Origin: Eledone cirrhosa
Taxonomy: Eukaryota
Assembly: GCA_964016885.1 (NCBI GenBank)
Contig: OZ024741.1
Location: 25,358,001-25,422,000, forward strand
Direction: 5' to 3'
Length of the DNA: 64,000 nt
Below the pieces are notes generated by a model, which saw only the letters and a program-made list of their open reading frames with translations, had not been told where the DNA came from and made no database searches. Made by a program: the position numbers and the translations under genes. The stretch's first letter is position 1; each line of letters opens with the position of its first letter. This document shows, piece after piece, positions 29,344 to 43,100 of the stretch.

Positions 29344-32300
29344 TCAGCATGTACCCTGTATTACTGCGTGACGCCAGAAGTCACGGTCGTGTGTCATTGA
29401 CTTTGAGAGATGTAGTTGGGTAAGATCGGCTTTTATCACCTCATCCCAAGTCATCTTGGGTCTCCCCACTCCGCGGTTTCCATCAACTTCTAGTGCTCTG
29501 CACCTTTTTATGCAGCTGTCATCCTTCATACGCATCACATGTCCATACCAGCGTAACCGCCTCTCCTGCACGCAGCATTTGATTCCTCTTATGCTCAGTC
29601 TCTCTCTCAATTCCTTTATGCTTTGTCGTTCACGTATATTACTGTTACACATCCATCGGAGCATGCAGGCTTCGTTTCTCTCTAATCTACGTAAGTCTTC
29701 CACCTTCAGCGCCCAGGTCTCACTACCATGCAACATCGCTGTTCGGATACACACATCATACAGTCTGCCTTTCATTCTGAGGGAGAAGCCTTTTGCAGCT
29801 AGCAGTGGTAGTAGTTCCCTAAACTTCTTCCATCCCGTTCTTACCCTAGTTATTGTACTTTCTGAGCACCCACCTCCGTTGCTAATTCGGTCACCTAGGT
29901 AGCAGAAGCTGTCTACTGTTTCTACAGGGCCCTCCCAGAGATTGGTGGTACTTGTTTCCTGTGGCTGTTTGCTTGCTGTTTCAGCACAGCTGCTGCATGT
30001 GAATCCTACATTCTTAATTAAGCTTCCTGAGATCCCGCTACATTTCTTGTGTACCCATTGTTTGCATTTGGGGCAGAGAATGGAGTTCCTACCTACACCT
30101 TTCCTACATACTGAGCAAGGCCATTTCCCTGAGGGGATCTGGGTTCTGTTTTCTCGTCTACTTATAAGGACCTTAGTCTTTGTCATGTTGACTTTGAGGC
30201 CCTTTCTCTCTAGTCCCTGCTTCCAGGTTTGGAATTTATTCTCTAGTTCTACCATAGATTCAGCTATGAGTGCGAGGTCATCAGCATACAGGAGTTCCCA
30301 TGGGCATCCGGTCTTAAACTCCTCCGTTATTGCCTGCAGGACTATGATGAACAGGAGAGGGCTAAGAACAGAGCCCTGGTGGACCCCAACCTGTACGCTA
30401 AATTCCTCGCTATACTCATTGCCAATCCTAACTTTGCTGACTGCTCCCCTATACATGGCTTGTACCGCTTTCACAAGCCATTCATCTACTCCTAGTTTTC
30501 TAAGAGCCCACCAGATTACTGCACGTGGAACTCTGTCAAAGGCTTTCTCAAGGTCGACAAATGCCAAGTAGAGTGGCTTACTTTTAGCTAGGTACTTTTC
30601 CTGTAATTGCCTCACAAGGAAGAGGACATCAGTGGTGCCTTTCCCTGGTACAAACCCAAATTGCATCTCGTCTATATTCACCCGGTCCCTAATCAGCTGT
30701 GCTATAACTCTTTCTGTTACTTTCATGACCTGGTCCATCAACTTTATACCTCTATAGTTTCCTCTATCTAGTGCATCGCCTTTACCATTGTAGCAGTTGA
30801 CAATGATGCTACTGCACCAATCTTTTGGTATGGCCCCCTCTAGTATTACCTGGTTAACAATACGTGTGGTTATAGTGTGACCTACAGACCCAGATGCCTT
30901 CAGCATCTCGGCAGCTATACCCGATGGACCGGTTGCCTTCCCTATCTTCATATCTCTGATTGCCTTACTTACTACGCTGCCGCTGACTTGTACTGCTGGT
31001 CCCTCTATAGGGTCTACGTGGGGTAGGGTCTCTTCTTCCCATGCATTCTCCTCATTTAGTAATCTATCATAATGACTCTTCCATGCATCTTTCTTCTCAG
31101 CACTTGTGAGGGCAAGCTCACCTTTATCATTCCGGATACACTTCTCTCCAATGACATCACAACTATCTCTGACACACTGCCTCGCAATCTTGAATACCTC
31201 CTGTTTCTGGTCCTCACGTTGTAAAACATGCTTGAATTTTCTATCCTCTGCTTCCCTCCTAGCTAAGTATACTTGTCGCCTAGCTTCCCTCTTGGTCTCT
31301 ATGTAATGTACCCTGCTCCCCCCGTTCTTCCATTCTTTCCATGCCTGTCTCTTGGCCTTGACTGCTTCATCTACCTTATTGTTCCACCACCAAGTCACTC
31401 TCCTCCTGCTTGAGGTCTTACTCCAGCCACAAACCTCATCCGTCGCCTCTAGTAAGTTATTTTTTAGGAACTCCCAGTTCTCTTCTACGTTAAATGTCTC
31501 TATCTGTTCTTCTTTACTGTCGTAGGCGTTGAGTAAAATATCTTTAAATCTGTTACTGGTTGAGGGGACTTTCAGCTTCCAGATCTTTCTTCTCCAGGTT
31601 GGCCTCTGTTTCAGGGCTCGTCTAGTTCTGACCGTGAGGTCGCTGACAACTAAGCTATGTTGGGATGTACATTCCTCACTAGGGAAGGCTTTTGTGTTTA
31701 CGACCGTCCATCTGTCACGTCCTCTGATGAGGATAAAATCTAACTGACTAGAGTGCTCCCCTGATCTATAGGTGATCAGGTGGTTGTCGGGTTTTTTAAA
31801 GTTTGTGTTACATATCGACATGTCATTGGCGTCGCAGAATTCTAGAAGTCTGAATCCTTCCTCATTCCTTGTGCCAACTCCATGGCCTCCATGTACTCTA
31901 TTGAAGCCGTCGCAGTGTTTACCTACGTGTCCGTTAAAATCTCCTGCAATGATTAGGAAGTCCTTGTCGTCTGTTAGAGCAGTAGTGTGTATTAGGGACT
32001 CGTAAAACCTATCCTTAAGTTCGTCTGGCAGCCCCGATTGGGGTGCGTAAGCTGATATTATTGTGGTAATTGTCTTATTCAGGACTAGTCTGAGTTTAAT
32101 GATTCTTGCATTTACCCTGTACACTGAGATTACTTTATCTACCCACTTGTCAGCTAATAGTATACCTACACCACCCATCCCATCGTCATTTCCCACCCAG
32201 AAAAATTTGTAGCACTGGCTTTTTCCTACAAGGACTCTAGCAGACCCTCCTCTCCATCTAGTCTCTTGCACACAGCATACATCAACTTCCTTTCGCTCTA

Positions 32301-32445
32301 GCATTTCTACGATTTCTCCTGCTCTTCCTTTCATTGAGCCTACATTGATGGTACCAACTCGGAGTTTTGGGCATTTGTCGACACTCGTAGGGGAGGGTCT
32401 CTGGGTTGGCGCTTCACGTGGGTGCTTGGTAGCTCGCAGATTCAT
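29344..32445 (-). CDS. RTE LINE ORF, 1033 aa: APE endonuclease + reverse transcriptase + PHD-like finger
   Basis: EN motifs (TINVGS, VQETRW, GDFNGHVG, LDFIL, SQH); RT motifs (FVDLEKAFD, QGSVLSPLLF, YADD, YLG); RTE-type C-terminus RRLRWYGHV...GRPKMTW. No stops. Confidence 0.96.
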   Translation of the reverse strand: MNLRATKHPREAPTQRPSPTSVDKCPKLRVGTINVGSMKGRAGEIVEMLERKEVDVCCVQETRWRGGSARVLVGKSQCYKFFWVGNDDGMGGVGILLADKWVDKVISVYRVNARIIKLRLVLNKTITTIISAYAPQSGLPDELKDRFYESLIHTTALTDDKDFLIIAGDFNGHVGKHCDGFNRVHGGHGVGTRNEEGFRLLEFCDANDMSICNTNFKKPDNHLITYRSGEHSSQLDFILIRGRDRWTVVNTKAFPSEECTSQHSLVVSDLTVRTRRALKQRPTWRRKIWKLKVPSTSNRFKDILLNAYDSKEEQIETFNVEENWEFLKNNLLEATDEVCGWSKTSSRRRVTWWWNNKVDEAVKAKRQAWKEWKNGGSRVHYIETKREARRQVYLARREAEDRKFKHVLQREDQKQEVFKIARQCVRDSCDVIGEKCIRNDKGELALTSAEKKDAWKSHYDRLLNEENAWEEETLPHVDPIEGPAVQVSGSVVSKAIRDMKIGKATGPSGIAAEMLKASGSVGHTITTRIVNQVILEGAIPKDWCSSIIVNCYNGKGDALDRGNYRGIKLMDQVMKVTERVIAQLIRDRVNIDEMQFGFVPGKGTTDVLFLVRQLQEKYLAKSKPLYLAFVDLEKAFDRVPRAVIWWALRKLGVDEWLVKAVQAMYRGAVSKVRIGNEYSEEFSVQVGVHQGSVLSPLLFIIVLQAITEEFKTGCPWELLYADDLALIAESMVELENKFQTWKQGLERKGLKVNMTKTKVLISRRENRTQIPSGKWPCSVCRKGVGRNSILCPKCKQWVHKKCSGISGSLIKNVGFTCSSCAETASKQPQETSTTNLWEGPVETVDSFCYLGDRISNGGGCSESTITRVRTGWKKFRELLPLLAAKGFSLRMKGRLYDVCIRTAMLHGSETWALKVEDLRRLERNEACMLRWMCNSNIRERQSIKELRERLSIRGIKCCVQERRLRWYGHVMRMKDDSCIKRCRALEVDGNRGVGRPKMTWDEVIKADLTQLHLSKSMTHDRDFWRHAVIQGTC

Positions 32446-32688
32446 ATTTCATCTATTGATTCAGAGTTGCTCGTGTATTCCCAGCTCATCCATCCATAAC
32501 GGTGGGAAAATTGAGGGCTAGAAGAACAGTGGTGGTGGGGTAATGGCAGGGTGTGTTGGGATGCGCCAGAGGAGGAGAGAGTTAGTTAGGCAGGTAGTAG
32601 CAGCAGCAGTGGAAATGGCATGCTAGGTTTGATTGGTCGAATAGACTATGGTGGTGTGTGGGGGTGGGGGGAGGGGGAAATTGTGAGG

Positions 32689-34108
32689 TAGGAACTGAGG
32701 GTCGCATGGTAAATATCCAAGTTAATACTACATCAGTAAATTTAACAATAATAACGTCATGAAAAACTACTAAGAGAAACCCTCGAAAATTTATCGTTAA
32801 TACAGCAGGGAAAATTTAACGCTAATACAGCAGGGAACATCATAATATTAACGACAATATGTAGGCTAAAATACCTTCGTAGATTAGATGGATGGCTGGA
32901 AAAATTGGAATCAGCTCTAGTGATACATTTTAGCAGAGAAGAATGGGAAAGTGTCTTATCTCTTCAATATTTTCAGATTGAATGAATTAGGTTAAAGACA
33001 GGGTAGTAAGCCTTAAAGAAGTGCATAGAGAGGGGGGGGGTAGGAACTGAGGGTCGCATGGTAAATAACTGAGAGAGATACAATAGGATTAGAATACCGC
33101 ATGGTAAATATCCAAGTTAATACTACATCAGTAAAATTAACAATAATAATAACATCATGAAAAACTACTAAGAGAAACCCTCGAAAATTTATCGCTAATA
33201 CAGCAGGGAAAATTTAACGCTAATACAGCAGGGAACATCATAATATTAACGACAATATGTAGGCTAAAATACCTTCGTAGATTAGATGGATGGCTGGAAA
33301 AATTGGAATCAGCTCTAGTGATACATTTTAGCAGAGAAGAATGGGAAAGTGTCTTATCTCTTCAATATTTTCAGATTGAATGAATTAGGTTAAAGACAGG
33401 GTAGTAAGCCTTAAAGAAGTGCATAGAGAGGGGGGGGTAGGAACTGAGGGTCGCATGGTAAATAACTGAGAGAGATACAATAGGATTAGAATACCGCATG
33501 GTAAATATCCAAGTTAATAAGTTAATACTACATCAGTAAAATTAACAATAATAATAACATCATGAAAAACTACTAAGAGAAACCCTCGAAAATTTATCGC
33601 TAATACAGCAGGGAAAATTTAACGCTAATACAGCAGGGAACATCATAATATTAACGACAATATGTAGGCTAAAATACCTTCGTAGATTAGATGGATGGCT
33701 GGAAAAATTGGAATCAGCTCTAGTGATACATTTTAGCAGAGAAGAATGGGAAAGTGTCTTATCTCTTCAATATTTTCAGATTGAATGAATTAGGTTAAAG
33801 ACAGGGTAGTAAGCCTTAAAGAAGTGCATAGAGAGGGGGGGGGTAGGAACTGAGGGTCGCATGGTAAATAACTGAGAGAGATACAATAGGATTAGAATAC
33901 CGCATGGTAAATATCCAAGTTAATAAGTTAATACTACATCAGTAAAATTAACAATAATAATAACGTCATGAAAAACTACTAAGAGAAACCCTCGAAAATT
34001 TATCGCTAATACAGCAGGGAAAATTTAACGCTAATACAGCAGGGAACATCATAATATTAACGACAATATGTAGGCTAAAATACCTTCGTAGATTAGATGG
34101 ATGGCTGG
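32689..34108 (-). repeat. ~3.6 tandem 350-406-bp monomers in the LINE 5' UTR
   Basis: The marker TAGGAACTGAGGGTCGCATGGTAAATA recurs at 32689, 33041, 33438 and 33844; the last copy is truncated at the satellite junction. Confidence 0.93.
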
Positions 34109-37100
34109 AATATATAGCGTTCAATATCAACTGAGACAATATATAGCGTTCAATATCAACTGAGACAATATATACAGTTCAATGATATTAACTGAGACAG
34201 TATATAGAGTTCAATGATATCAACTGAGGCAATATATAGAGTTCAATGATATCAACTTAGACAATATATAGAGTTCAATATCAACTGAGACAGTATATAG
34301 AGTTCAATGATATCAACTGAGACAATATATAGAGTTCAATGACATCAACTGAGACAATATATAGAGTTCAATATCAACTGAGACAATATATACAGTTCAA
34401 TGATATCAACTGAGACAGTATATAGAGTTCAATGATATCAACTGAGACAATATATAGAGTTCAATGATATCAACTGAGACAATATATAGAGTTCAATATC
34501 AACTGAGACAGTATATAGAGTTCAATGATATCAACTGAGACAATATATAGAGTTCAATGACATCAACTGAGACAATATATAGAGTTCAATATCAACTGAG
34601 ACAATATATACAGTTCAATGATATCAACTGAGACAGTATATAGAGTTCAATGATATCAACTGAGACAGTATATAGAGTTCAATGATATCAACTGAGACAG
34701 TATATAGAGTTCAATGATATCAACTGAGACAATATATACAGTTCAATGATATCAACTGAGACAGTATATAGAGTTCAATGATATCAACTGAGACAATATA
34801 TAGAGTTCAATGATATCAACTGAGACAATATATAGAGTTGAATGATATCAACTGAGACAATATATAGAGTTCAATGATATCAACTGAGACCTTATATAGA
34901 GTTCAATGATATCAACTGAGACAATATATAGAGTTCAATGATATCAACTGAGACAGTATATACAGTTCAATGATATCAACTGAGACAATATATAGAGTTC
35001 AATATCAACTGAGACAATATATACAGTTCAATGATATCAACTGAGACAGTATATAGAGTTCACTGATATCAACTGAGACAATATATAGAGTTCAATGATA
35101 TCAACTGAGACAATATATAGAGTTCAATATCAACTGAGACAGTATATAGAGTTCAATGATATCAACTGAGACAATATATAGTGTTCAATATCAACTGAGA
35201 CAGTATATACAGTTCAATGGTATCAACTGAGACAGTATATACAGTTCAATATCAACTGAGACAATATATAGCGTTCAATATCAACTGAGACAATATATAG
35301 CGTTCAATATCAACTGAGACAATATATACAGTTCAATGATATTAACTGAGACAGTATATAGAGCTCAATGATATCAACTGAGACAATATATAGAGTTCAA
35401 TGATATCAACTGAGACAATATATAGAGTTCAATATCAACTGAGACAGTATATAGAGTTCAATGATATCAACTGAGACAATATATAGAGTTCAATGATATC
35501 AATTGAGACAGTATATAGAGTTCAATGATATCAACTGAGACAATATTTAGAGTTCAATGATATCAACTGAGACAGTATATACAGTTCAACGATATCAACT
35601 GAGACAATATATAGAGTTCAATGATATCAACTGAGACAATATATAGAGTTCGATGATATCAACTGAGACAGTATATAGAGTTCAATGATATCAACTGAGA
35701 CTATATATACAGTTCAATGATATCAACTGAGACAGTATATACAGTTGAATGATATCAACTGAGACAATATATAGAGTTCAATATCAACTGAGACAATATA
35801 TACAGTTCAATGATATCAACTGAGACAGTATATAGAGTTCACTGATATCAACTGAGACAATATATAGAGTTCAATGATATCAACTGAGACAATATATAGA
35901 GTTCAATATCAACTGAGACAGTATATAGAGTTCAATGATATCAACTGAGACAATATATAGAGTTCCTTCTCAACTGAGACAGTATATACAGTTCAATGAT
36001 ATCAACTGAGACAGTATATACAGTTCAATATCAACTGAGACAATATATAGCGTTCAATATCAACTGAGACAATATATACAGTTCAATGATATTAACTGAG
36101 ACAGTATATAGAGTTCAATGATATCAACTGAGACAATATATAGAGTTCAATGATATCAACTGAGACAATATATAGAGTTCAATATCAACTGAGACAGTAT
36201 ATAGAGTTCAATGATATCAACTGAGACAATATATAGAGTTCAATGACATCAACTGAGACAATATATAGAGTTCAATATCAACTGAGACAATATATACAGT
36301 TCAATGATATCAACTGAGACAGTATATAGAGTTCAATGATATCAACTGAGACAGTATATAGAGTTCAATGATATCAACTGAGACAGTATATAGAGTTCAA
36401 TGATATCAACTGAGACAATATATACAGTTCAATGATATCAACTGAGACAGTATATAGAGTTCAATGATATCAACTGAGACAGTATATAGAGTTCAATGAT
36501 ATCAACTGAGACAATATATAGAGTTCAATGATATCAACTGAGACAATATATAGAGTTCAATGATATCAACTGAGACAATATATAGAGTTCAATGATATCA
36601 ACTGAGACCTTATATAGAGTTCAATGATATCAACTGAGACAATATATAGAGTTCAATGATATCAACTGAGACAGTATATACAGTTCAATGATATCAACTG
36701 AGACAATATATAGAGTTCAATATCAACTGAGACAATATATACAGTTCAATGATATCAACTGAGACAGTATATAGAGTTCACTGATATCAACTGAGACAAT
36801 ATATAGAGTTCAATGATATCAACTGAGACAATATATAGAGTTCAATATCAACTGAGACAGTATATAGAGTTCAATATCAACTGAGACAATATATAGAGTT
36901 CAATATCAACTGAGACAGTATATACAGTTCAATGATATCAACTGAGACAGTATATACAGTTCAATATCAACTGAGACAATATATAGCGTTCAATATCAAC
37001 TGAGACAATATATAGCGTTCAATATCAACTGAGACAATATATACAGTTCAATGATATTAACTGAGACAGTATATAGAGTTCAATGATATCAACTGAGACA

Positions 37101-40100
37101 ATATATAGAGTTCAATGATATCAACTGAGACAATATATAGAGTTCAATATCAACTGAGACAGTATATAGAGTTCAATGATATCAACTGAGACAATATATA
37201 GAGTTCAATGATATCAATTGAGACAGTATATAGAGTTCAATGATATAAACTGAGACAATATATAGAGTTCAATGATATCAACTGAGACAGTATATACAGT
37301 TCAACGATATCAACTGAGACAATATATAGAGTTCAATGATATCAACTGAGACAATATATAGAGTTCAATGATATCAACTGAGACAGTATATAGAGTTCAA
37401 TGACATCAACTGAGACAATATATAGAGTTCAATATCAACTGAGACAATATATACAGTTCAATGATATCAACTGAGACAGTATATAGATTTCAATGATATC
37501 AACTGAGACAGTATATAGAGATCAATGACATCAACTGAGACAATATATAGAGTTCAATATCAACTGAGACAATATATACAGTTCAATGATATCAACTGAG
37601 ACAGTATATAGAGTTCAATGATATCAACTGAGACAGTATATAGAGTTCAATGATATCAACTGAGACAGTATATAGAGTTCAATGATATCAACTGAGACAA
37701 TATATACAGTTCAATGATATCAACTGAGACAGTATATACAGTTCAATGATATCAACTGAGACAATATATAGAGTTCAATGATATCAACTGAGACAGTATA
37801 TAGAGTTCAATGATATCAACTGAGACAGTATATAGAGTTCAATGATATCAACTGAGACAGTATATAGAGTTCAATGATATCAACTGAGACAGTATATACA
37901 GTTCAATGATATCAACTGAGACAATATATAGAGTTCAATATCAACTGAGACAATATATACAGTTCAATGATATCAACTGAGACAGTATATAGAGTTCACT
38001 GATATCAACTGAGACAATATATAGAGTTCAATGATATCAACTGAGACAATATATAGAGTTCAATATCAACTGAGACAGTATATAGAGTTCAATGATATCA
38101 ACTGAGACAATATATAGAGTTCAATATCAACTGAGACAGTATATACAGTTCAATGGTATCAACTGAGACAGTATATACAGTTCAATATCAACTGAGACAA
38201 TATATAGCGTTCAATATCAACTGAGACAATATATAGCGTTCAATATCAACTGAGACAATATATACAGTTCAATGATATTAACTGAGACAGTATATAGAGT
38301 TCAATGATATCAACTGAGACAATATATAGAGTTCAATGATATCAACTGAGACAATATATAGAGTTCAATATCAACTGAGACAGTATATAGAGTTCAATGA
38401 TATCAACTGAGACAATATATAGAGTTCAATGATATCAATTGAGACAGCATATAGAGTTCAATGATATCAACTGAGACAATATATAGAGTTCAATGATATC
38501 AACTGAGACAGTATATACAGTTCAACGATATCAACTGAGACAATATATAGAGTTCAATATCAACTGAGACAATATATAGAGTTCAATGATATCAACTGAG
38601 ACAGTATATAGAGTTCAATGACATCAACTGAGACAATATATAGAGTTCAATATCAACTGAGACAATATATACAGTTCAATGATATCAACTGAGACAGTAT
38701 ATAGAGTTCAATGATATCAACTGAGACTATATATACAGTTCAATGATATCAACTGAGACAGTATATACAGTTGAATGATATCAACTGAGACAATATATAG
38801 AGTTCAATATCAACTGAGACAATATATACAGTTCAATGATATCAACTGAGACAGTATATAGAGTTCACTGATATCAACTGAGACAATATATAGAGTTCAA
38901 TGATATCAACTGAGACAATATATAGAGTTCAATATCAACTGAGACAGTATATAGAGTTCAATGATATCAACTGAGACAATATATAGAGTTCAATATCAAC
39001 TGAGACAGTATATACAGTTCAATGATATCAACTGAGACAGTATATAGAGTTCAATGATATCAACTGAGACTATATATACAGTTCAATGATATCAACTGAG
39101 ACAGTATATACAGTTGAATGATATCAACTGAGACAATATATAGAGTTCAATATCAACTGAGACAATATATACAGTTCAATGATATCAACTGAGACAGTAT
39201 ATAGAGTTCACTGATATCAACTGAGACAATATATAGAGTTCAATGATATCAACTGAGACAATATATAGAGTTCAATATCAACTGAGACAGTATATAGAGT
39301 TCAATGATATCAACTGAGACAATATATAGAGTTCAATATCAACTGAGACAGTATATACAGTTCAATGATATCAACTGAGACAGTATATACAGTTCAATAT
39401 CAACTGAGACAATATATAGCGTTCAATATCAACTGAGACAATATATACAGTTCAATGATATTAACTGAGACAGTAACAGTATATAGAGTTCAATGATATC
39501 AACTGAGACAATATATAGAGTTCAATGATATCAACTGAGACAATATATAGAGTTCAATGATATCAATTGAGACAGTATATAAAGTTCAATGATATCAACT
39601 GAGACAATATATAGAGTTCAATGATATCAACTGAGACAGTATATACAGTTCAATGATATCAACTGAGACAGTATATAGAGTTCAATGATATCAACTGAGA
39701 CAGTATATAGAGATCAATGACATCAACTGAGACAATATATAGAGTTCAATATCAACTGAGACAATATATACAGTTCAATGATATCAACTGAGACAGTATA
39801 TAGAGTTCAATGATATCAACTGAGACAGTATATAGAGATCAATGACATCAACTGAGACAATATATAGAGTTCAATATCAACTGAGACAATATATACAGTT
39901 CAATGATATCAACTGAGACAGTATATAGAGTTCAATGATATCAACTGAGACTATATATACAGTTCAATGATATCAACTGAGACAGTATATACAGTTGAAT
40001 GATATCAACTGAGACAATATATAGAGTTCAATATCAACTGAGACAATATATACAGTTCAATGATATCAACTGAGACAGTATATAGAGTTCACTGATATCA

Positions 40101-43100
40101 ACTGAGACAATATATAGAGTTCAATGATATCAACTGAGACAATATATAGAGTTCAATATCAACTGAGACAGTATATAGAGTTCAATGATATCAACTGAGA
40201 CAATATATAGAGTTCAATATCAACTGAGACAGTATATACAGTTCAATGATATCAACTGAGACAGTATATACAGTTCAATATCAACTGAGACAATATATAG
40301 CGTTCAATATCAACTGAGACAATATATACAGTTCAATGATATTAACTGAGACAGTATATAGAGTTCAATGATATCAACTGAGACAATATATACAGTTCAA
40401 TGATATCAACTGAGACAATATATAGAGTTCAATATCAACTGAGACAGTATATAGAGTTCAATGATATCAACTGAGACAATATATAGAGTTCAATGACATC
40501 AACTGAGACAATATATAGAGTTCAATATCAACTGAGACAATATATACAGTTCAATGATATCAACTGAGACAGTATATAGAGTTCAATGATATCAACTGAG
40601 ACAGTATATAGAGTTCAATGATATCAACTGAGACAGTATATAGAGTTCAATGATATCAACTGAGACAATATATACAGTTCAATGATATCAACTGAGACAG
40701 TATATAGAGTTCAATGATATCAACTGAGACAGTATATAGAGTTCAATGATATCAACTGAGACAATATATAGAGTTCAATGATATCAACTGAGACAATATA
40801 TAGAGTTCAATGATATCAACTGAGACCTTATATAGAGTTCAATGATATCAACTGAGACAATATATAGAGTTCAATGATATCAACTGAGACAGTATATACA
40901 GTTCAATGATATCAACTGAGACAATATATAGAGTTCAATATCAACTGAGACAATATATACAGTTCAATGATATCAACTGAGACAGTATATAGAGTTCACT
41001 GATATCAACTGAGACAATATATAGAGTTCAATGATATCAACTGAGACAATATATAGAGTTCAATATCAACTGAGACAGTATATAGAGTTCAATGATATCA
41101 ACTGAGACAATATATAGAGTTCAATATCAACTGAGACAGTATATACAATTCAATGGTATCAACTGAGACAGTATATACAGTTCAATATCAACTGAGACAA
41201 TATATAGCGTTCAATATCAACTGAGACAATATATAGCGTTCAATATCAACTGAGACAATATATACAGTTCAATGATATTAACTGAGACAGTATATAGAGT
41301 TCAATGATATCAACTGAGACAATATATAGAGTTCAATGATATCAACTGAGACAATATATAGAGTTCAATATCAACTGAGACAGTATATAGAGTTCAATGA
41401 TATCAACTGAGACAATATATAGAGTTCAATGATATCAATTGAGACAGCATATAGAGTTCAATGATATCAACTGAGACAATATATAGAGTTCAATGATATC
41501 AACTGAGACAGTATATACAGTTCAACGATATCAACTGAGACAATATATAGAGTTCAATATCAACTGAGACAATATATAGAGTTCAATGATATCAACTGAG
41601 ACAGTATATAGAGTTCAATGACATCAACTGAGACAATATATAGAGTTCAATATCAACTGAGACAATATATACAGTTCAATGATATCAACTGAGACAGTAT
41701 ATAGAGTTCAATGATATCAACTGAGACTATATATACAGTTCAATGATATCAACTGAGACAGTATATACAGTTGAATGATATCAACTGAGACAATATATAG
41801 AGTTCAATATCAACTGAGACAATATATACAGTTCAATGATATCAACTGAGACAGTATATAGAGTTCACTGATATCAACTGAGACAATATATAGAGTTCAA
41901 TGATATCAACTGAGACAATATATAGAGTTCAATATCAACTGAGACAGTATATAGAGTTCAATGATATCAACTGAGACAATATATAGAGTTCAATATCAAC
42001 TGAGACAGTATATACAGTTCAATGATATCAACTGAGACAGTATATAGAGTTCAATGATATCAACTGAGACTATATATACAGTTCAATGATATCAACTGAG
42101 ACAGTATATACAGTTGAATGATATCAACTGAGACAATATATAGAGTTCAATATCAACTGAGACAATATATACAGTTCAATGATATCAACTGAGACAGTAT
42201 ATAGAGTTCACTGATATCAACTGAGACAATATATAGAGTTCAATGATATCAACTGAGACAATATATAGAGTTCAATATCAACTGAGACAGTATATAGAGT
42301 TCAATGATATCAACTGAGACAATATATAGAGTTCAATATCAACTGAGACAGTATATACAGTTCAATGATATCAACTGAGACAGTATATACAGTTCAATAT
42401 CAACTGAGACAATATATAGCGTTCAATATCAACTGAGACAATATATACAGTTCAATGATATTAACTGAGACAGTAACAGTATATAGAGTTCAATGATATC
42501 AACTGAGACAATATATAGAGTTCAATGATATCAACTGAGACAATATATAGAGTTCAATGATATCAATTGAGACAGTATATAAAGTTCAATGATATCAACT
42601 GAGACAATATATAGAGTTCAATGATATCAACTGAGACAGTATATACAGTTCAATGATATCAACTGAGACAGTATATAGAGTTCAATGATATCAACTGAGA
42701 CAGTATATAGAGATCAATGACATCAACTGAGACAATATATAGAGTTCAATATCAACTGAGACAATATATACAGTTCAATGATATCAACTGAGACAGTATA
42801 TAGAGTTCAATGATATCAACTGAGACAGTATATAGAGATCAATGACATCAACTGAGACAATATATAGAGTTCAATATCAACTGAGACAATATATACAGTT
42901 CAATGATATCAACTGAGACAGTATATAGAGTTCAATGATATCAACTGAGACTATATATACAGTTCAATGATATCAACTGAGACAGTATATACAGTTGAAT
43001 GATATCAACTGAGACAATATATAGAGTTCAATATCAACTGAGACAATATATACAGTTCAATGATATCAACTGAGACAGTATATAGAGTTCACTGATATCA

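Larger units (their letters stand above)
29054..34108 (-). mobile_element. Near full-length RTE-clade LINE with (GAT)n 3' tail, 5' tandem monomers and AATATAT TSD
   Basis: Single APE-RT ORF; 3' end reads ...GGTGATGATG. AATATAT occurs at 29047-29053 and 34109-34115. Confidence 0.93.

Noticed and set aside
29115-32005. Plus-strand ORFs of 66-209 aa
   Set aside because: Antisense shadows of the LINE ORF and 3' UTR, with no recognisable motifs.
32650-32680. G-quadruplex-like G runs in the LINE 5' UTR
   Set aside because: Common low-complexity tract; nothing in the sequence supports a function.
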